Origin: an uncultured Methanomicrobiales archaeon
Lineage (GTDB): Archaea > Halobacteriota > Methanomicrobia > Methanomicrobiales > Methanospirillaceae
NCBI GenBank assembly: GCA_963758915.1
Contig: CAVWXH010000015.1
Coordinates: forward strand, 81,737-145,736
DNA length: 64,000 bases
Direction of reading: 5' to 3'
In this document: positions 42,501-57,500 of the stretch, piece by piece
Layout: each line of letters begins with the position of its first letter
Numbering within the stretch: the first letter of the stretch is position 1
Notes under the pieces: generated by a model
What the model saw: only the letters and a program-made list of their open reading frames with translations
What the model was told of the DNA's origin: nothing
The model's database searches: none
Translations under genes and position numbers: made by a program

Positions 42501-45500
42501 CCAACTGGTCTCTTCGAGTGATGGCAACACCCTGACTTCGAACAATGCAAGCAGCAATGCCCAGAATGGCATTTCCATCACCAGCTCAAATTACAACAAT
42601 CTGACGGCGAATATTGCAGGAAACAATTTACTGAATGGAATCATCCTCACCACATCGAGTAATGGCAACAACCTGACAGCCAACGATGCGAGCAACAACA
42701 ACCAGAACGGTATCCTGATTAGTGACTCGAACCGGAATACCCTAACCGGGAACAATGCAAGTTACAACACATTGAATGGGATCCGCCTAACAAATTCGAA
42801 CAATAATAGCCTTAATGACAACATTGCGAACCTGAACCGTGGTTACAGCGGTATCAACCTTACCGGGTCGAGCAACAATACCCTGTTCAACAATACTGCC
42901 TGGTATAACCCGCAGAACGGCATTATCCTGAATGGCTCGAGCAATGGCAATAACCTGAAAGCCAACGATGCGAGTAACAACTACCAGAATGGTATTCTTG
43001 TCAATGGTTCGAACAACAATACCCTGACGGGGAATGTAGCCGGGAATAATTCATATAATGGCATCCTTCTGACGAGTTCCAATAATAACACACTCACGAG
43101 CAATATCGCGAACCTGAACCGTGGTTACAGTGGCATCAACCTTACCGGGTCGAGCAACAATACCCTGTTCAACAACACCGCCTGGTACAACCAGCAGAAC
43201 GGAATTATCCTTAATGGATCGAGTAATGGCAACAACCTTACAGCCAACGAGGCAAGCAACAATAACCAGAATGGTATCTGGATTAACGGTTCAAATCTGA
43301 ATACCCTTACCGGGAACGTCGCTGGTAACAATTCACTAAATGGGATACTGCTGACTGGTTCGAACAACAACACCCTCACCAGCAACATAGCGAATTCCAA
43401 CCGAGGTTACAGTGGTATAAACCTGACTGGATCGAGCAACAATACCCTGTTCAACAACACCGCCTGGTATAACCCGCAGAATGGGATTATCCTGAACGGA
43501 TCAAGTAATGGTAACAACCTGACAGCCAACGATGCGAGTAACAACAACCAGAACGGTATCCTGATAAATAGTTCAAACCTGAACCAGCTGACAGGGAACG
43601 TTATAGGAAATAACTCTTTTAATGGCATACTCCTGACAAATTCGAACAACAATAACCTCAGCAGCAATATTGCAAATTCAAACCGAGGTTACAGCGGGAT
43701 TAACCTGACCGGGTCGAGCAACAATACCCTGTTCAACAATACCGCCTGGTATAACCCGCAGAACGGGATAATTCTCACAGCATCCAGTAACGGGAATAAT
43801 CTTACAAGAAACGATGCGAGCAACAACAACCAGGATGGTATACTGGTCAACGGTTCAAATGTTAACAGCCTGACCCAGAACACCGCAGGTAACAATCTCC
43901 GGAATGGAATTCTCATCAATAATTCGCAGTATAACCTCCTCACCGGGAACAATGCAAGTTCCAATACCCTCAATGGCATCATTCTAACAAATTCTTCGCA
44001 GAACACTCTCAATTCGAACATCGCCAATAATAATCTCCAGACGTACGGAATATACCTCAATAACTCCGGCCAGAATACCCTGATAAATAATAGTATGTCA
44101 GGGAATACCCTGAACTTCGGCCTTGATGGAGCAACCGACCAGGACTTTATCCAGACTATTGACAGGACAAACCTGGTGAACGGAAAAAGTATCGTCTACC
44201 TGTATAACGCAAACCGGGTGGTTGTCGATCGCAATTCGAACGCGGGGATGGTCATCGCCATTAACAGTACAGGCCTGATACTCGAGGACCTCAGGCTATC
44301 CACCAACGAGTACGGGGTATATTTCAGGAATACCAAAAACTCACAGCTCTTCAATGTCACTGCCACCGGGAACCTGAATGGTATGACGCTCGATAAGGGG
44401 AGCTCAGGCAATTCTATTGATGACAGCAACTCCTCCGGAAACCAATTGAACGGCCTCCTGGTCCAATCCTCGAATTCCAACATAATCACAGACAGCAGGT
44501 TCAATACCAATGGTCTGAACGGCATTGTCCTCAATTCATCAAATTTGAACACAATGGACAGCGTTACTACGGATAATAATGCATTAAATGGTATTTTCCT
44601 GAATAATTCGAACCAGAACGTCATATCACTGGGTACGGTGACCAATAACAAGCTTGACGGGATCAACCTTTCAGGATCGAATAATAACACATTGAATACC
44701 AATACAATCCGTGGGAACAGCCGGAATGGGATTATCCTGAACAGTTCCGGTGATAATCGCCTGATTGGAAACGTCGTTGAGGATAATCTGCAAAATGGTA
44801 TCGCTCTAACAAATTCCAGTAATGTTAATGCCCTGCTGGCAAACAAGGTGAACAACAATACCCTCAACGGGATCCTTATTGAAAACTCCAACAATAACAG
44901 CCTCACTGGGAATAGTGCAAAAAACAACAGGAATCTTGACGGTATCAACCTGTCCGGCTCAAACAATAACATCTTAAACTTAAATACTGCAACGGGAAAC
45001 GCCGGAAATGGTATCTCCCTCAATTCTTCTAATAATAACGAACTGAATGGAAATACTGCCAGTACCAATACATTAAACGGAATATTCCTTTCGCAGTCGA
45101 ATAACAACACCCTTTCCGGGAACAACGCGAATAGCAACCTGGCGAACGGGACATACCTGCTCAACTCGGTTAACAATACGTTGTCCGACAATTTTGCAAA
45201 TAACAACCAGCAGAACGGTATATCGCTTGTGTCATCAGGTTCCAGCAGACTGCTCCGTAATAGTCTTGACCAAAACACAATGAACGGGATTTCCTTACTG
45301 TCATCCAATTCAAGCATTCTTACATCAAACAATGCAATCAACAACACACTCGCCGGGGTCCTTCTTTCAAACTCCTACAACGGCACCCTTTCTCTCAATG
45401 TCGCAAATGATAACCGGGGCCAGGGCGGGATTGTTCTCACCAATTCCGGAAACACCACGCTTGCCAGCAACACGGCTTCAGGGAATGCACAGCAGGGAAT

Positions 45501-48500
45501 CTCCCTTTCAGGATCGAATGACAACAACCTGACAGGAAATTCTGCCAACTCAAATGCCCAGAACGGTATCCTTGTTTTAAACTCTGTGAATAATACCCTG
45601 AATAACAATGTCGCAAATTCGAATGCCCTGAACGGCATCCGTCTTTCCGGCTCACAAAATAATTCGTTGGCCCAGAACACGGCACAGGGGAATACAGGAA
45701 ACGGGATATCCCTTGATAATTCGGTTTCCAATAACCTTTCGGGTAACACAGTGACCGGTAATACCCAGAATGGTATCGCTCTCACTGCAGCGTCCAACTG
45801 GAATAACCTGACAGCGAATACCGCAAGTAGTAACCTGCAAAATGGTATTTCGCTGACAGGTTCACAAAATAACAATATTTCAAACAATATCGTCAACAGT
45901 AATACCCGGAATGGTATCAGTCTCACGACTTCCGCTAACAATCAGCTTACAAATAACTCTGCCAGCCTTAACCAGCAGAACGGTATCCTGGTTACATCGA
46001 GTAACGGCAACAGCCTGATACTGAACAATGCAAACGGGAATGTTCAAAACGGTATATCGCTTTCCCAATCGAATTCGAATAACCTGACGCTGAATACCGC
46101 AAATGGCAATTCAGCGAATGGAATTATTCTCAGTAATTCGAATGATAATATTCTTGGATCGAATGTTGCAAACAATAACCAGCTCTACTATGGATTATAC
46201 CTCACCTCTTCGGGTAACAATACCCTCCGCAATAACAGCATGGCCGGGAATACCCTTAACTTTGGCCTCGACGGGACAACAGACCCCCATTACGTGCAGG
46301 ATATTGACACCACAAACAAGGTGAACGGAAAGAGCATCATTTACCTCCGGAACACGACGGACTCGATCGTCGATTCGTCATCCAATGCCGGAACGGTTTA
46401 CATCATCAATGGCACGAATGCCACCCTGAAGGACCTCCAGCTGGACCAGAATGAATTCGGGGTATACTTGAGAAATACCACGCTCTCCACCATCCAAAAC
46501 GTGTCGGCCAGCCGGAATATGCAGGGGATTGAGGTGGAGCTGAGTAATTCGAACAACATCTCCGGTTCAAATACCAGTTACAACCGCCAGAACGGGATCC
46601 TTCTCATCGATTCTGACAACAATAACCTGACAAATGACATTGCTTCATTTAACACCCTGAATGGGATCTCTCTCCTTCGTTCAGATGCAAATAACCTTAC
46701 CGGTACAAACACCTCACGAAACGGACAAAACGGTATCCTTCTGACCGATTCAAATGGAAATCTCCTCTTTGGAAACAATGCGAGCCTGAATACTCTTGAA
46801 GGGATCAACCTTACGACGTCAAACCGGAACCTGCTCATCAATAATACCGTCACATCAAACCGGCAGAATGGAATTTATCTCGTGGATTCGACAGAAAACA
46901 CCCTTGCCGGGAACAATGCATCCTTAAACGAGCAGTATTACGGGATTTATGTCCACAATTCCGGAAATAATACCCTGTATGATAATAATATGACCAGCAA
47001 CCGCCTGAACTTCGGTCTCGACGGGACGACGGACTTCCATTTTGACCAGAATATCAATGATACCAACTTCGTTGACGGGCGACTGGTGATTTACCGGCAA
47101 AATGTGGACAATATCACCATTAACGCTTCATCGAATGCCGGGACCGTGTATGCGATAAACAGTACCAACTTTACCGTAACGGACATAACCCTCAACAAAA
47201 ATGAATACGGGGTTTATTTCAGGAATACTACCAACTCAACCGTCCAGAATTTCACAGCCAATGATAATATGAACGGGGTGGTGCTGGATTTCAGCAGTAA
47301 CAATACAATCCAGAACTCTACTTCCTCAAATAACATGCAGAATGGGATATACCTCGTCGATTCGAGTTACAACACGGTAAATAATACCACAACCTCAAAC
47401 AACAATGAGGTCGGGATTTTACTGGTCAGGTCGTTCAATAATACGATCTCGAACAACACCGCGAATGAGAATACAGACGCTGGCATTCTTGTGGACCAGA
47501 ACAGCCAGTACAACCAGATCCTCAACAATTCAGCAAATAATAATGATTTCTATGGAATTGCCATTCACCACTCCCCCTACAACACTATTAAAAACAATAC
47601 CATGAGTGGAAATCTCTGGAATTTCGATATTGAAGGAGATACCGAGGCTGAGCTGACCCAGTACATGGACGACAGCAACACGGTCAATGGCTCCCCGATC
47701 ATCTACCGGTATAATGAAAGTGATCGGTTATACGATCTTTCGAACCCAGCCGATACCATATACTTCGTTAACTGTTTCAATATGACAGTCCGGAACCTGA
47801 CATTCACCAACCAGGGTTTCCCATTGCGGTTCTGGAATACGACGAATTCCCGTATCGAGAATGTCACCTCGTATGATAACGAGGACGGGCTCCTGATGCA
47901 GGCAGGAAGTGATAACAATTATGTCCTGAATTCATCTTTCAATTCAAACCATGGATATGGCGTGGAAATGAATGACAGTGGCCATAACACGTTTGAGACG
48001 GTTAACGCAAGCAATAACGTCCTTTCAGGGTTTATCATCCTGTCTTCGGATTATAATAACTACCTCAATGTAACAGCCAATAATAACCAGCAGGACGGGC
48101 TGATTTTCACCAATTCGAGCAATAATAATGTTATTGGTGGAAGTGCAAGTAACAATGCATGGAATGGTATCCATCTCACCAGTTCAAGTAACAACAATAC
48201 GATCTCGGGAATAAATGCCAGTAACAACGGGCTCGATGGTATCCAGCTCACAGACTCGGTCAATAATACCCTGACCTGGAATACGGCAAACAATAATAGA
48301 GAAAATGGTATCGAACTGATCAGGTCTAACCTGAACAATGTTACCGGGAATAATGTAAGCGGCAATTCCTTCAATGGGATCAACCTGGTCAGTTCGTCCG
48401 GCAATAACCTCACCGATAACAATGCAACGTATAACGTGAGAAACGGGATCCGGCTCTCAAATTCAACGAGCAACAACCTGACAGGAAACAATGCCAGTTA

Positions 48501-51500
48501 CAACCAGCAGAACGGGATTTTCCTCAATGCATCAGGGAATAATAACCTGACCGGGAACAATGCATTGTTCAACACGTTAAACGGATTAACCCTGATCAAT
48601 TCGAACAACAGTAACCTGACAGGATAACAATGCCAGTTACAACCAGCAGAACGGGATATCACTCACCGGTTCGGCAAATAATAACCTTACCGGGAATACC
48701 GCAATAAATAACACGTTTAATGGTATCCTGCTCACGAACTCGAACAGTAACAATCTGACCGGTAACAATGCAAGTTACAACCAGCAGAACGGGCTGGAAC
48801 TGACCGGGTCAGACAACAACAACCTGGCGGGTAACAACGCGACATTTAACAAAGAAAATGGTATCCTTCTCACAAATTCGGATTTCGCGGTAATTTCCGG
48901 TAATAATGCGAGCAATAATTCCTGGAATGGAATTGATATTACCGGGTCTGTATTTGCAAACCTTACGGGGAACAATGCAAATTTCAATACCCTGAACGGG
49001 ATCAATCTTACGGATTCAAACAACTCAACAATTACCAAAAACAATGCCACCGGGAACCTCCGGGATGGGTTCCAGATAACGAATTCCAGTTCGAATGATT
49101 TCAACGGCAATAATGCGAGCAATAACCAGGGGAACGGGTTCAGTGTTATCAGCTCGGCAAATGACAACCTGACCGCAAACATTGCAGATAATAACAGCCA
49201 GAATGGGTTCTACGTTTCCGGTTCGACAACACTCAACCTGACCGGCAATGATGCGAATCACAACCAGTTTGATGGCATCCAGCTTGTTAACTCGGGCAAA
49301 ACCGATATTGTCGGAAATAATGTGACCTATAACGGGTGGAATGGTGTCAATCTTACTAATTCCATTGAAGTCAGTCTCCGGAACAATAATGCAAGTTCCA
49401 ACCAGCAGAACGGGGTTGTACTCAATAACTCGTATAATAATGACCTCATCGGCAATATTGTTGTTAATAATACCTGGAACGGCATATCACTCACAAATTC
49501 CGGCTTCAACAATGTAAGCGGGAATATTGCCCGCAATAACAGCAGGGACGGTATCAGCCTCCTTAATTCGGGGAATAACGAGCTCTACAATAATAATGCG
49601 ACTAATAATTCCCTGAATGGTATTTCATTGGTTAATTCCCTCAATGCGAACCTCCAGGGGAACAACGCGAGTTACAACAGCCTCAACGGGATCTCTCTCA
49701 ACGGTTCAGGGGGTATTAATCCAAAACTCGTCAGTAACATTGCGAATAACAATAAAGCGAACGGGATCGAGATTATCAATTCCAGTAACGTCAACGTCAG
49801 GAACAATGTTGCCAGTAACAATTCCGAAAATGGTATCCTGATCAATGGCTCTGAATTAACCAACCTTTTCGGGAATATCGCGAACACTAATACCCTGGAC
49901 GGAGTTAATGTCACTAACTCAAATAATGGCTTCATTTTCCGGACGACCGCGAATAACAATAACCAGAGTGGTATCCTCCTGGTGAGTTCGAATTCGAACG
50001 ATATAGAAAACAATGTTGCGAACGGAAATCTTGGCCAGAGCGGGATTAATTTAAGAGATTCAGGCAACAACACGCTCATTGGTAATACTGCCGGATACAA
50101 CAGGGATGGTATCCTTCTCAATAATTCGAGCGGGAACCACCTGATACAGAACAATGCCAGTAATAATCTCCTGAATGGAATTGAACTGGTAAATTCTTCC
50201 GCAAATACCCTTACCAATAACATTGCGACCCGAAACAACCAGGATGGCGTTGCATTAGTAAATTCAAGTGGAAATACACTGTCAGGGAATTCTGCAAATG
50301 CCAATAATTACAGCGGTATTAACCTGACAAACTCGGGTTATAACACCCTTACCAACAACATAGCGACCGGGAACAATCAGAGTGGAGTAATTTTCGCGAA
50401 TTCAACCGGGAATTTGCTATTTAATACTAGTGCAGGAAATAACAGGCAGAATGGAATTTTCATGGATTTCCTGAGTGGTAATAACACACTTACCGAAAAC
50501 AGGGCCTGTGGAAACCAGTGGAATGGTATCTTCATTGACGGTTCAGCCCCGAATAACCTGACCGGGAATACCGCCTGCGATAACGGGCAAAACGGAATCC
50601 TGCTTCTGAATTCAACAAATAACAACCTGACCAGTAACCTTGCCTATAACAACACGCTAAGCGGTATCAACCTGACAAACTCGAGCTGGAACACCCTGTT
50701 CAACAACACCGCCAGGGATAACCTTGGAAACGGTATCTCCCTTGTTGATTCCCATGACCTGAACCTGACGAGCAATATTGCTACCAATAATTCACTGAAT
50801 GGTATTCTTCTGATGAATATCACCGGCACCAGCCTGGCGGCAAACAACGCGAGTTACAACACGCTAAACGGCATCAACCTGACGAATTCGGATTACAACA
50901 ATCTCACCAGTAATACAGCAATAAATAATTCCCGTAATGGATTGCTTCTTGATGGTTCAGGCTGGAATAACCTGACGGGTAATATCGCGAACAATAATAC
51001 CTGGAACGGCCTGTCGCTAACGAATTCGAGCAACAACACGGTTTACAACAATACCGCGCTCAGGAACGTGCAGAACGGGATTCTCCTTACAACAGGATCG
51101 AACAACAACAACCTGACCGGAAACAACGTGAGTTACAACACGTGGAATGGCATCAACCTGACGAACTCGAATAATAATGATCTTACAGGCAACACAGCGC
51201 AAAACAACTCCCGGAATGGAATATTCCTTGATGGGTCCCTCAGGAATAACCTGACGGATAATATAGCGAATAACAATACCTGGAACGGCCTGTCGCTAAC
51301 GAATTCGAGCAACAACACGGTTTACAACAATACCGCGCTCAGGAACATGCAGAACGGGATTTTCCTTACAACCGGGTCCAACAACAACAACCTGACCGGA
51401 AACAACGCGAGTTACAACACGTTAAACGGCATCAACCTGACGAATTCGAATAACAACCTGACAGCAACACGCGCAAAACAACTCCCGGAATGGAATATTC

Positions 51501-54500
51501 CTTGATGGGTCTCAGGAATAACCTGACGGTAATATAGCGAATAACAATACCTGGAACGGCCTGTCGCTAACGAATTCGAGCAACAACACGTCTACAACAA
51601 TACCGCGTCAGGAACATGCAGAACGGGATTTTCCTTACAACCGGGTCCAACAACAACAACCTGACCGGAAACAACGCGAGTTACAACACGTTAAACGGCA
51701 TCAACCTGACGACTCGAATAATAACAACCTGACGAGCAACACCGCGCAAAACAACTCCCGGAATGGAATATTCCTTGATGGGTCCTCAGGAATAACCTGA
51801 CGGATAATATAGCGAATAACAATACCTGGAACGGGCCTGTCGCTAACGAATTCGAGCAACAACACGATTTACAACAATACCGCGTCAGGAACATGCAGAA
51901 CGGGATTTTCCTTACAACCGGGTCCAACAACAACAACCTGACCGGAAACAACGCGAGTTACAACACTTCAGGGTTAAACGTGCAGTCGAACCTGAACGAC
52001 TATAACGACCAATATTGTGAATAACAAGCCTGACGAGCAATCACCGCGACCCAAAAACAACTCCATTTACGGAATGGTCGATATATCACGCTGAATGGGA
52101 TCTCCTGATTACCAGTAGAATTATAACAACCTGACGGATAATATAGCGAATAACAATACCTGGAACGGCCTGTCGCTAACGAATTCGAGCAACAACACGG
52201 TTTACAACAATACCGCGTTCAGGAACACGCAGAACGGGATTTTCCTTACAACCGGGTCCAACAACAACAACCTGACCGGAAACAACGCGAGTTACAACAC
52301 GTTAAACGGCATCAACCTGACGAATTCGAATAATAACAACCTGACGAGCAACACCGCGCAAAACAACTCACACGGAATGGAATATTCCTTGATGGGTCCC
52401 ATCAGGAATAACCTGACGGATAATATAGCGAGCAACAATACCTGGAACGGCTTGTCGCTAACGAATTCGAGCAACAACACCCTGTTCAACAACACCGCCG
52501 TATTCAACAAACAGAACGGTATCTCCCTGAACCTCTCGAGTAATGGCAACAATGTCACCGGGAACAACGTGACCTCGAATGTCTGGAATGGTATCTACCT
52601 GAATGGTTCGATCGTTATAACAACGTCACGCTGAACAATGCAAGTTACAACGGGTACAGCGGAATCAACCTCTCGACCGGTTCGAACTGGAACCTGTAAC
52701 GAACAACACGGCGACGAATAATACGCAGAACGGGATAGTCCTGTCCGGATTCGAGCAACAACACCCTGTTCAATAACACGGCAGTATTCAACAAACAGAA
52801 TGGTATCTCCCTGAACCTCTCGAGTAATGGTAACAATGTCACCGGGAACAATGTGACCTCGAATGCCTGGAATGGTATCTACCTGAATGGTTCATCGTTT
52901 AACAACGTCACGCTGAACAATGCAAGTTACAACGGGTACAGCGGTATCAACCTCTCGACCAGTTCGAACTGGAACCTTGTAACGAACAACACGGCGACGA
53001 ATAATACGCAGAACGGGATATTCCTGTCCGGGTCGACCAACAACACCCTGTTCAACAACACCGCCATATTCAACAAACAGAACGGTATCTCCCTGAACCT
53101 CTCGAGTAACGGGAACAATGTCACCGGGAACAATGTAACCTCGAATACCTGGAATGGTATCTACCTGAATGGCTCGTCGTTCAACAACGTCACGCTGAAT
53201 AACGCGAGTTACAGCGGGTTTAGCGGTATCAACCTGTCGAGCGGTTCGAACTGGAACCTTGTAACGAACAATACGGCGACGAATAACACGCAGAACGGGA
53301 TATTCCTGTCCGGGTCGACCAACAACACCCTGTTCAATAACACAGCCGTTTGGAACGGGCAGAACGGGATCTCCCTGAACCTCTCGAGTAATGGTAACAA
53401 TGTCACCGGGAACAATGTGACGTTCAACAGTTGGAACGGCATAGCCGTAAACGGCTCGTCATTCAATACCATTACACAGAACAATGCGAGTTACAACCCG
53501 TATAATGGTATTAACCTGACGAATTCGAACTGGAATACTGTATCAGGCAATGTTGTCATGAATAACACGCTTGATGGGATTTTCCTGTCAGGTTCAAACA
53601 ACAACACCCTGTTCAACAACACAGCCGTGTGGAACGGGCAAAACGGGATATCGCTTGTATCATCGAGTAACGGGAACAATATCACTGGTAACAACATAAC
53701 CTGGAATACATGGAATGGTATCTCCCTGGACGGTTCGAATTATAACAATATCAGCCTTAACAACGCGAGTTACAATCCGTATAATGGAATCAACCTGACA
53801 AATTCGAATTATAACAACCTTTCAGGCAATGTTGTCATAAATAATACGCTGGACGGAATTATTCTGACCAGATCGAACAATAACGTGGTATATAATAACA
53901 GCGTGCAATGGAACGGCCAGAACGGGATCTACCTTAATGTTTCCAGCAGGAACAACCTGACACTGAACAACGCGAGCCAGAATACGAATAACGGGTTCCT
54001 GCTGGTCACGTCCGACAACAACACGTTCACCGACAACACAGCGACGAGGAACGGGCAGTCCGGGTTCAACCTGAGCGAATCGAACAACAACCGGTTCGTC
54101 AACACGACGGCGAACAACAACGTGCAGGACGGCATCCGGATCTACAACTCGAATAACGAGACGTTCACCAATACCACAGCCAACAACAACGGCTGGAACG
54201 GGGTGAACCTGAGTATCGTGCGTGACAGCCTGTTCACGAACACGACGGCGAGCAACAACGGTCTCGTCGGAGTCCTGGTCACCGACTCGAGAAACATCAC
54301 GTTCAACGGCGGCTCGGTAATCAACAACACGAATGAAGGAGTCCTCCTCTCGAACACGACGTTGAGCCAGTTGAATAACCTCAACGTCAGCCTGAACAGG
54401 AACGACGGGATAGAGCTCCGGAACGGTTCACACGACAACACGTTAACCGGGAACACAATCCTCGGCAACACCGGGGAAGGAGTCAACGCCGGCCAGCTGA

Positions 54501-57500
54501 ACGGGAACAACCAGAACAACACGTTCACCCGGAACAACGCGAGCCAGAATACGAATAACGGGTTCCTGCTGGTCACGTCCGACAACAACACGTTCACCGA
54601 CAACACAGCGACGAGGAACGGGCAGTCCGGGTTCAACCTGAGCGAATCGAACAACAACCGGTTCGTCAACACGACGGCGAACAACAACGTGCAGGACGGC
54701 ATCCGGATCTACAACTCGAATAACGAGACGTTCACCAACACCACAGCCAACAACAACGGCTGGAACGGAGTGAACCTGAGTATCGTGCGTGACAGCCTGT
54801 TCACCAACACGACGGCGAGCAACAACGGTCTCGTCGGAGTCCTGGTCACCGACTCGAGAAACATCACGCTGAACGGCGGCTCGGTAATCAACAACACGAA
54901 TGAAGGAGTCCTCCTCTCGAACACGACGTTGAGCCAGTTGAATAACCTCAACGTCAGCCTGAACCGGAACGACGGGATAGAGCTCCGGAACGGTTCACAC
55001 GACAACACATTAACCGGGAACACAATCCTCGGCAACACCGGAGAAGGAGTCAACGCCGGCCAGCTGAACGGGAACAACCAGAACAACACGTTCACCCGGA
55101 ACAACGCGAGCCAGAATACGAATAACGGGTTCCTGCTGGTCACGTCCGACAACAACACGTTCACCGACAACACAGCGACGAGGAACGGGCAGTCCGGGTT
55201 CAACCTGAGCGAATCGAACAACAACCGGTTCGTCAACACGACGGCGAACAACAACGTGCAGGACGGCATCCGGATCTACAACTCGAATAACGAGACGTTC
55301 ACCAATACCACAGCCAACAACAACGGCTGGAACGGGGTGAACCTGAGTATCGTGCGTGACAGCCTGTTCACCAACACGACGGCGAGCAACAACGGTCTCG
55401 TCGGAGTCCTGGTCACCGACTCGAGAAACATCACGCTGAACGGCGGCTCGGTAATCAACAACACAAATGAAGGAGTCCTCCTCTCGAACACGACGGTGAG
55501 CCAGTTGAATAACCTCAACGTCAGCCTGAACAGGAACGACGGGATAGAGCTCCGGAACGGTTCACACGACAACACATTAACCGGGAACACAATCCTCGGC
55601 AACACCGGAGAAGGAGTCAACGCCGGCCAGCTGAACGGGAACAACCAGAACAACACGTTCACCCGGAACAACGCGAGCCAGAATACGAATAACGGGTTCC
55701 TGCTGGTCACGTCCGACAACAACACGTTCACCGACAACACAGCGACGAGGAACGGGCAGTCCGGGTTCAACCTGAGCGAATCGAACAACAACCGGTTCGT
55801 CAACACGACGGCGAACAACAACGTGCAGGACGGCATCCGGATCTACAACTCGAATAACGAGACGTTCACCAATACCACAGCCAACAACAACGGCTGGAAC
55901 GGGGTGAACCTGAGTATCGTGCGTGACAGCCTGTTCACGAACACGACGGCGAGCAACAACGGTCTCGTCGGAGTCCTGGTCACCGACTCGAGAAACATCA
56001 CGCTGAACGGCGGCTCGGTAATCAACAACACAAATGAAGGAGTCCTCCTCTCGAACACGACGTTGAGCCAGTTGAATAACCTCAACGTCAGCCTGAACAG
56101 GAACGACGGGATAGAGCTCCGGAACGGTTCACACGACAACACATTAACCGGGAACACAATCCTCGGCAACACCGGGGAAGGAGTCAACGCCGGCCAGCTG
56201 AACGGGAACAACCAGAACAACACGTTCACCCGGAACAACGCGAGCCAGAATACGAATAACGGGTTCCTGCTGGTCACGTCCGACAACAACACGTTCACCG
56301 ACAACACAGCGACGAGGAACGGGCAGTCCGGGTTCAACCTGAGCGAATCGAACAACAACCGGTTCGTCAACACGACGGCGAACAACAACGTGCAGGACGG
56401 CATCCGGATTTACAACTCGAATAACGAGACGTTCACCAACACCACAGCCAACAACAACGGCTGGAACGGGGTGAACCTGAGTATCGTGCGTGACAGCCTG
56501 TTCACCAACACGACGGCGAGCAACAACGGTCTCGTCGGAGTCCTGGTCACCGACTCGAGAAACATCACGTTCAACGGCGGTTCGGTAATCAACAACACAA
56601 ATGAAGGTGTCCTCCTCTCGAACACGACGCTGAGCCAGTCTCAACAACCTGAATGTCAGCCTGAACAGGAACGACGGCATCTGGCTGATTAATTCTGGTG
56701 CAAACAATCTGACGAACAATATCCTGACTGGAAACCAGAAGAACGGAATAAACCTGACCGGATCAAGCCTCAACACCCTGTACAACAACACCGCCGTTCT
56801 GAACAAACAGAATGGTATTGCGCTGGACCTCGGCAGCAACAGCAACAACGTGACCGGGAACAATGCGAGTTTCAACAGCTGGAATGGTATCTACCTGAAC
56901 GGATCGACGCTGAACGACATCACCCTGAACAATGCCAGTTCGAACGGTTACAATGGTATCAGCCTGAACAACTCGTTCCAGAACAATATCACCAGCAACA
57001 ACGCGATAAACAACACGTTTAGTGGAATTTCACTGGCGAACTCGAGTAATAACCTGGTCTACAACAACACAGCCGTTCTGAACAAACAGAATGGTATTGC
57101 GCTGGACCTCGGCAGCAACAGCAACAACGTGACCGGGAACAATGCGAGTTTCAACAGCTGGAATGGCATCTACCTGAACGGATCGACGCTGAACGACATC
57201 ACCCTGAACGAAGCGAATTCGAACGGTTACAGTGGTATCAGCCTGAACAACTCGTTCCAGAATAATATCACCAGCAACAACGCGATAAACAACACGTTCA
57301 ACGGTATCCAGCTGACGAACTCGAGCAACAACCTGGTCTACAACAACACAGCAGTGCAGAACAAACAGAACGGTATTTCACTGGACCTCGGCAGCAACAG
57401 CAACAATGTAACCGAAAACAATGCGACGTTCAACAGCTGGAATGGCATTGCTGTAACTGCCTCAGACCGGAATAACCTCACGGGCAACAATGCGGGTTAC

